This document shows, piece by piece, positions 59,151 to 64,000 of a stretch of 64,000 nucleotides of DNA. Location of the stretch: positions 3,200,001 to 3,264,000 of the forward strand of contig CBDFKD010000002.1 in the NCBI GenBank assembly GCA_965248695.1, written 5' to 3'. Origin of the DNA: Acidobacteriota bacterium. GTDB taxonomy: Bacteria > Acidobacteriota > UBA890 > WLXD01. The translations under genes were made by a program, and so were the position numbers. Below the pieces are notes generated by a model, which was given only the letters and a program-made list of their open reading frames with translations, had not been told where the DNA came from and ran no database searches. Every line of letters starts with the position of its first letter. The first letter of the stretch is position 1.

Positions 59151-60554
59151 GAGTTATTTGCAAATGTTGTGGATCGGTGGATTTGTTCAGGCGGCGTCTT
59201 CGCTAGCGATCAGGTGAACTCCATCGACGAATGTGGCGCCCTCGAGTACGAGGGCAGTGAGGTGAGGAGCGTTGATGCGGCGCCATCGTTGCTGTGCCAT
59301 CTCCAGGAGCTTGAATGCCATCGTCAGCGCCTTGGTGCGTGAGCCGGCGCCCTTGGTGACGCGTTGTCTCAGGCGTACGGTGGCGAACGCCGACTCGATC
59401 GGGTTGGCCGTGCGCAGATGAACCCAGTGGTCGGCGGGGAAGTCGTAGAACGTCAGCAGCTTGTCGGAGTCGCGTTGCAACGACGCCACGGCCTTGGAGT
59501 ACTTGGCGCCGTAGTCGGCTGCGAACCGCGCCATGCCCTCCTGAGCATCCTCGCGCGTTGGCGCACCGATGATCTCGTGCAGCGCGCGCTTGGCTTTGGC
59601 CTGCAGCCGCCTCGGTAGCTTGTCGAGCACGTTGCCAAGCCGATGCACCCAGCATCGTTGCTCTCGAGTCTGGGGCCATACATCCCGCACCGCCGCCCAG
59701 AACCCCAGCGCCCCATCACCCACTGCCACGAGCGGCGCCCGCATGCCTCGACGCTTCAGCTCCCGGAGCACGAACGCCCAGCTCTCGGTGCTCTCTCGAT
59801 ACCCGTCCTCGACCGCGATGAGCTCCTTGGTTCCGTCCGGCAAAACGCCCAGGATCACCAGCGTGCACAGCCGATCATCCTCGAGTCGAATGTTGAAGTG
59901 CACACCGTCCGCCCACACGTATACGTACTGCTTGGTGGACAGATCCAGCTTCCGGAATGCCTCGTACTCCGTGCTCCAGGCGTTCGTCAGCCGGCAGATC
60001 GCCGATGCCGACAGCCCGCTGGCTTCCTGTCCCAGTAAGATCGGCAGCGCCTCCTTGAAGTCGCCCGTCGACAGGCCCCGCAGGTACAGCACCGGCAGCA
60101 CCTCCGCCACCTTCGGCGAGCGCCGCATGTAGGGCGGCAGGATCCGACTGCTGAACCGCTGCCTCAGTCCCTGCTCGTCGAGCCGCTTGTCGTTGACCCG
60201 TGGCGCGGCTACTTGCACCGTCCCGCACCCCAACGTGATCTTGCGTGCGCGAGCCCGACCGTTGCGTACCACTTGCCGACGGCCGGCTTCATCCAGTTGC
60301 CCGGCGTGGCTCTGGATATACTCCTGAACCTCCCACTCCAGTGCTGTTGCCAGCATCTGCAGCGCGCCCTGCCGGGCGAGCTCATCGACGTCCAGTGTCA
60401 GCTGTCCTTCCTCCGCGTCCGATCCACCGATAATCTTGAGCACGAGTGGCGTCTCCTTCCCGGCCTCCACAGCCGGCTGCTGGTTGTTGATGATCCCAGC
60501 GAAGGTTACGCCGCCTTTCTTTTTCCTCCCATCCACAACTTCCGGTTATATCTC
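59151..60554 (-). mobile_element. IS256-family insertion sequence, 1404 bp, 9-bp target duplication TCGCATCGA
   Basis: Duplication at 59142-59150 and 60555-60563; imperfect 24-bp terminal inverted repeats GAGTTATTTGCAAATGTTGTGGAT / GAGATATAACCGGAAGTTGTGGAT. Confidence 0.93.
59187..60443 (-). CDS. IS256 family (mutator-type) DDE transposase
   Basis: RNG, PRVNDKR, YLRGLST, YVWADG, VGDGALG, QRCWVH, TANPIES; GTG 60443 follows an AAGGAG RBS. Confidence 0.93.
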   Translation of the reverse strand: MLKIIGGSDAEEGQLTLDVDELARQGALQMLATALEWEVQEYIQSHAGQLDEAGRRQVVRNGRARARKITLGCGTVQVAAPRVNDKRLDEQGLRQRFSSRILPPYMRRSPKVAEVLPVLYLRGLSTGDFKEALPILLGQEASGLSASAICRLTNAWSTEYEAFRKLDLSTKQYVYVWADGVHFNIRLEDDRLCTLVILGVLPDGTKELIAVEDGYRESTESWAFVLRELKRRGMRAPLVAVGDGALGFWAAVRDVWPQTREQRCWVHRLGNVLDKLPRRLQAKAKRALHEIIGAPTREDAQEGMARFAADYGAKYSKAVASLQRDSDKLLTFYDFPADHWVHLRTANPIESAFATVRLRQRVTKGAGSRTKALTMAFKLLEMAQQRWRRINAPHLTALVLEGATFVDGVHLIASEDAA

Positions 60555-61086
60555 TCGCATCGAGGATGTTCTGCAGCTCGGTCGAGCCCTTCACCTCGTC
60601 CGTATCGCACGTCCATCGCCAGCTCGCCAGGTGGGCGATGCGCTGCGCGTCGGCAAGCTCCTGCTGGTTCGAAGACAGCTGGTCCAATGCCTCGCTGGCA
60701 CGCAGGATGAACCGCGCCCGATGCTGAAGCAGCGACCAGTTGACCGGCTTGGTGATGAAATCCGTCGCGCCGACCTCGTAGGAATGATCCACCGAGACGA
60801 AGTCCTCGAGCGCCGTCATCATGATGATCGGGATGTGGGCAAACGCCGCCCGTTCCCGCAGGCTGGCGCACACCTGGAAACCGTCGATACCGGGCATCAC
60901 GACGTCGAGAAGCACGAGATGCGGTAGATGCTCGTCGGCAAGCCGCAGCGCTTCGGCACCGTCCGGGGCTTCGATCACCACGCAGCCCAACCGTTCGAGG
61001 CTGCGGCACGCCAGCAGCCGCATGTTCGCCTCATCGTCAACGACGAGCACACGCAGCCGCGCGCTGCGCTCAGCAGCCTCACCCAT
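60555..61086 (-). pseudogene. N-terminal receiver domain of the IS-interrupted REC-PAS-GGDEF-EAL gene
   Basis: VLVVDDE, LLDVVMPGIDG, IIMMTA, DFITKP; the natural frame reaches ELQNILDA at the insertion site. Confidence 0.9.
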
Positions 61087-64000
61087 TGACTACCTTCCGT
61101 GTGTGTTGCTCGAGCAACTGGAAGACCACGTCGATCTCGGCATCGAGTTCCTCGAGCAGGCCGGGCACCTTTGTGAGATCCCCGGCGCGACCCGCCTTCT
61201 CCAGTTGACGGCACAGGTTCATCAAGACCTGCGCGCCTATGTTCCCGGACGCCGACTTGAGGCTGTGGGCCAGGCTGCCGACCACATCGGCCTGCCCGGC
61301 CTGAACCGCGCGCTCCAGATCGGCGCGGAGTTGGGCCGCGTTGTCCCGGAAGCTCCGTACGACGCGCTGCACGAGGTCCGATTCTCCGGGTCGCTGCAGC
61401 GCCCGAATCTGATCCAGTTGGTCAACGTCGAGCGACGCCGTGGACTCCATCTCGGCCGGCAGCGGGCTCTCTGCCAGGGACGCCGGCGCTTCGCCGGTCG
61501 CAGTCAGCCACCGAGCCAGGACTTCGTACAGCTGCTGCGGCGTGTGCGGCTTGGCGAGGTAGCCGTTCATTCCGGCTTCGACGGAGCGAGCACGAACGTC
61601 GTTGCCCACGTTCGCGGTCATCGCCACGATCGGCACCGCAGGACGATGCTCGTCGCGCTCACGGGCGCGGATCTCGCGCGCCGCATCAAGGCCGTTCATC
61701 TCCGGCATCTCCCAGTCCATCAGCACGAGATCGAACGAGTCGGTGTCGGTGAGCTCGACGGCCTCCAGCCCAGTGCCGGCGACACGCACCGAGCACCCGA
61801 CGTGCTCGAGCATTCCGACCGCCACTTCCTGGTTCACCGGGTTGTCGTCGACCAGCAGGACGGTGCCGGAGAACATCGACGCGGTCGGATCGGCGACTCG
61901 CGAAACACCCTCGGCCGGTGCCGCCAGCGCCTCGCGGACACCGGCGTAGAAGCGTCGCAGACCGGGGGGACTGGACAGGAATGACCACCCACGCCCCGAG
62001 ACCTCCTCGACGCGCGCGAGGGAGTCGGCGGGCGGCACGAGGAGCAGCACACGGGTGTCGAGGTCGAGGTCACGAAGAGCCTTGAGCCACTTCTGTCGTT
62101 GACGATCGGCCGTCTGGACCTCCACGACCAGAAGGTCGAATCCGGACAGCCCCTCGGTGAGCGCCGCGGCATCGGTTACCTCGAAGATCTCGTCGGCGGC
62201 GCGCTTCGCCGTCGCACCCCAGCTACCGACCTGTCGCGTCAACCACCCGGAGAGCCGATCGCCGACGCCGATGAACAGAACGCCGGAACCCTCGAGTCGC
62301 TCCCGCGGCCTGAACGTCGGCTGTGCCGCGAGGCGGGCAGTGAAGCGGAAGGTGGTGCCCTCGCCCGGGGTGCTCTCGACCTCGAGCTTGCCGCCCATGG
62401 CCTCCACCAACTGCAGGCAGATGTTCAGACCGAGCCCCGTCCCACCATGCTTGCGGGTGGTCGAAGCGTCGGCCTGCTCGAAGGCCTCGAAGATGTGTCG
62501 CTGCGCCTCCTCCGGGATGCCGATTCCGGTGTCGGCGACGGCGAAACTCAGGTGCGCCGTACCTTCGCGGTCGTCGTACACGTCGACGCCCACGGTCACC
62601 GAGCCTTCCTCGGTGAACTTGATGGCGTTGTCGACCAAGTTCAGGAGCACCTGCCGCAGCCGCACCGGATCGCCGACCAGATCCGACGGTACGTACGGAT
62701 CGATCCGGCAGCGAAGGGCGACCGACTTGGAGCGTGCGCGCTCCGCAAGGATGCTCATCACGTCACCGACGGTCTCGATGAGATCGAACTCGGTGCTCTC
62801 GAGGCGGAGCTTGCCGGCCTCGATCTTCGACATGTCGAGGATGTCGTTGAGTAGATCCAGTAGCGTTTCGCCGGAACGACGGATCGTTCGCGTCAGATGC
62901 CGTTGCCTGGGGCTGAGAGGAGTGAACATCAACAGATCGGCCATGCCGAGCACGCCGTTAATCGGCGTGCGGATCTCGTGGCTGACCTTGGCAACGAACT
63001 CCGACTTCGCCTGCGCCGCTACGCGGACTCGTTCGGTCACCCTTACCTGGCTGGCGAGCTCCTCAGAGCGCTCCTCGACGATGTGTGCCAGCTTGGTGCG
63101 CTCACGACCGAGAAAACGCGTCCGACCCAGGTGCAGACCGTAGGCGCCGAGCACCGTAAAGAAGAACAACAGACCCCTGAACCACCAGCTTTGATAGGGC
63201 GACGGCAGCACTTCGAAGGCGAACGTCGCCGCAGTCTCGCTGCGCACACGATGGGCGTTCAGCGCATGGATCTCGAACACGTAGCTGCCCGGCGCCAGGC
63301 TCGCGTAGGTGACCTCGCGATCGGCGGTCTCGGTCCAATCGTCTGTGTGCCCGCGCAGTCGATAGAGAAACCGGTTGCCGCGCTCGTTGAGAAAGCTGAG
63401 TCCGGTGAAGCGGAAATCCAGTGTGTTGCTGCTGTGCCGCACGACAACTTCCGGCCCGGCTTCGACCGTAACCCCGCCCGCCGCAACCGAGACAATCGCC
63501 ACGTTCGGCGGCACCACCGATCGCTGCATCAGCTCGGCGTCGAACCGGATGACACTACGTCGTGTGCCGAGCCAGATGCGCCCAGCGGGATCCTCCCAGA
63601 TCGCGCCGTCGAGCCCATCGAGAGCCGCCAGCCCGTCGGCCGAACCGAAGTGGGAGAACGTTCCGTCGCTCTCGAGCCGGTCGAGACCACGGTTGGTGAA
63701 CAGCCAGACACGCTCGTCACGGTCGACGAGGATCTGCCGGACGAAATCGTTGACCAATCCGGCATCGGAGGACCAGTGCTCGACCTGCGTACCGTCGATC
63801 CGATAGGCACCGTAGCCATCGGTTCCGAGCCAGACGCGCCCCTTCTCATCGGCGGCGAGCGCCAGCACGTCGAGATCCTGAACCGGTTCGGGTAGCGGAA
63901 CGATGCGATCCGTCGACACGTCGTAGGCGAACATCCCGTCGTCGGTGCTGCCCCACAGCCGGCCGCTCGTGTCGACCGCTAGCGCTCGAATGGTGCGCTC
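61079..64000 (-). CDS. Hybrid sensor histidine kinase (beta-propeller/Y_Y_Y sensor, HisKA, HATPase, two REC, Hpt), 5' end outside the window
   Basis: WLGT propeller repeats, YRLRG...[51 protein letters not shown]. Confidence 0.93.
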   Translation of the reverse strand, partial: ERTIRALAVDTSGRLWGSTDDGMFAYDVSTDRIVPLPEPVQDLDVLALAADEKGRVWLGTDGYGAYRIDGTQVEHWSSDAGLVNDFVRQILVDRDERVWLFTNRGLDRLESDGTFSHFGSADGLAALDGLDGAIWEDPAGRIWLGTRRSVIRFDAELMQRSVVPPNVAIVSVAAGGVTVEAGPEVVVRHSSNTLDFRFTGLSFLNERGNRFLYRLRGHTDDWTETADREVTYASLAPGSYVFEIHALNAHRVRSETAATFAFEVLPSPYQSWWFRGLLFFFTVLGAYGLHLGRTRFLGRERTKLAHIVEERSEELASQVRVTERVRVAAQAKSEFVAKVSHEIRTPINGVLGMADLLMFTPLSPRQRHLTRTIRRSGETLLDLLNDILDMSKIEAGKLRLESTEFDLIETVGDVMSILAERARSKSVALRCRIDPYVPSDLVGDPVRLRQVLLNLVDNAIKFTEEGSVTVGVDVYDDREGTAHLSFAVADTGIGIPEEAQRHIFEAFEQADASTTRKHGGTGLGLNICLQLVEAMGGKLEVESTPGEGTTFRFTARLAAQPTFRPRERLEGSGVLFIGVGDRLSGWLTRQVGSWGATAKRAADEIFEVTDAAALTEGLSGFDLLVVEVQTADRQRQKWLKALRDLDLDTRVLLLVPPADSLARVEEVSGRGWSFLSSPPGLRRFYAGVREALAAPAEGVSRVADPTASMFSGTVLLVDDNPVNQEVAVGMLEHVGCSVRVAGTGLEAVELTDTDSFDLVLMDWEMPEMNGLDAAREIRARERDEHRPAVPIVAMTANVGNDVRARSVEAGMNGYLAKPHTPQQLYEVLARWLTATGEAPASLAESPLPAEMESTASLDVDQLDQIRALQRPGESDLVQRVVRSFRDNAAQLRADLERAVQAGQADVVGSLAHSLKSASGNIGAQVLMNLCRQLEKAGRAGDLTKVPGLLEELDAEIDVVFQLLEQHTRKVVNG

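Noticed and set aside
60444-60536. Transposase start at ATG 60536
   Set aside because: That ATG lies at the terminal inverted repeat with no room for a promoter or RBS; GTG 60443 has AAGGAG upstream.

Overview
High-GC bacterial chromosomal window with about 45 coding regions. The gene content (two PadR + duplicated ABC-permease modules, an Oar-type TonB-dependent receptor, ASPIC/UnbV + TPR, four PQQ-like beta-propellers, a HEAT-repeat protein) suggests Acidobacteriota; this is an inference. Housekeeping and metabolic genes include nudC (partial), a PLP aminotransferase, galK, ogt, lepB, LysM/BON, an ArsR-methyltransferase regulator upstream of ahcY, a two-subunit aconitase X and a fused LeuD-LeuC-like aconitase-family enzyme. 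There is also a type IV minor pilin trio and a hybrid kinase followed by a c-di-GMP response regulator. A complete IS256-family element with a 9-bp target duplication splits the REC-PAS-GGDEF-EAL gene, and a 291-bp non-coding MITE-like palindromic element has CTAG ends. One in-frame TAG (MATE gene) and four frameshifts (TonB receptor x3, PQQ propeller x1) may be sequencing or assembly errors. Several genes have a -10-like hexamer 6-8 nt before the start codon, including two overlapping bidirectional cases, suggesting leaderless transcription. No rRNA, tRNA or CRISPR array was seen. All product calls come from motif recognition by eye; no database search was run.
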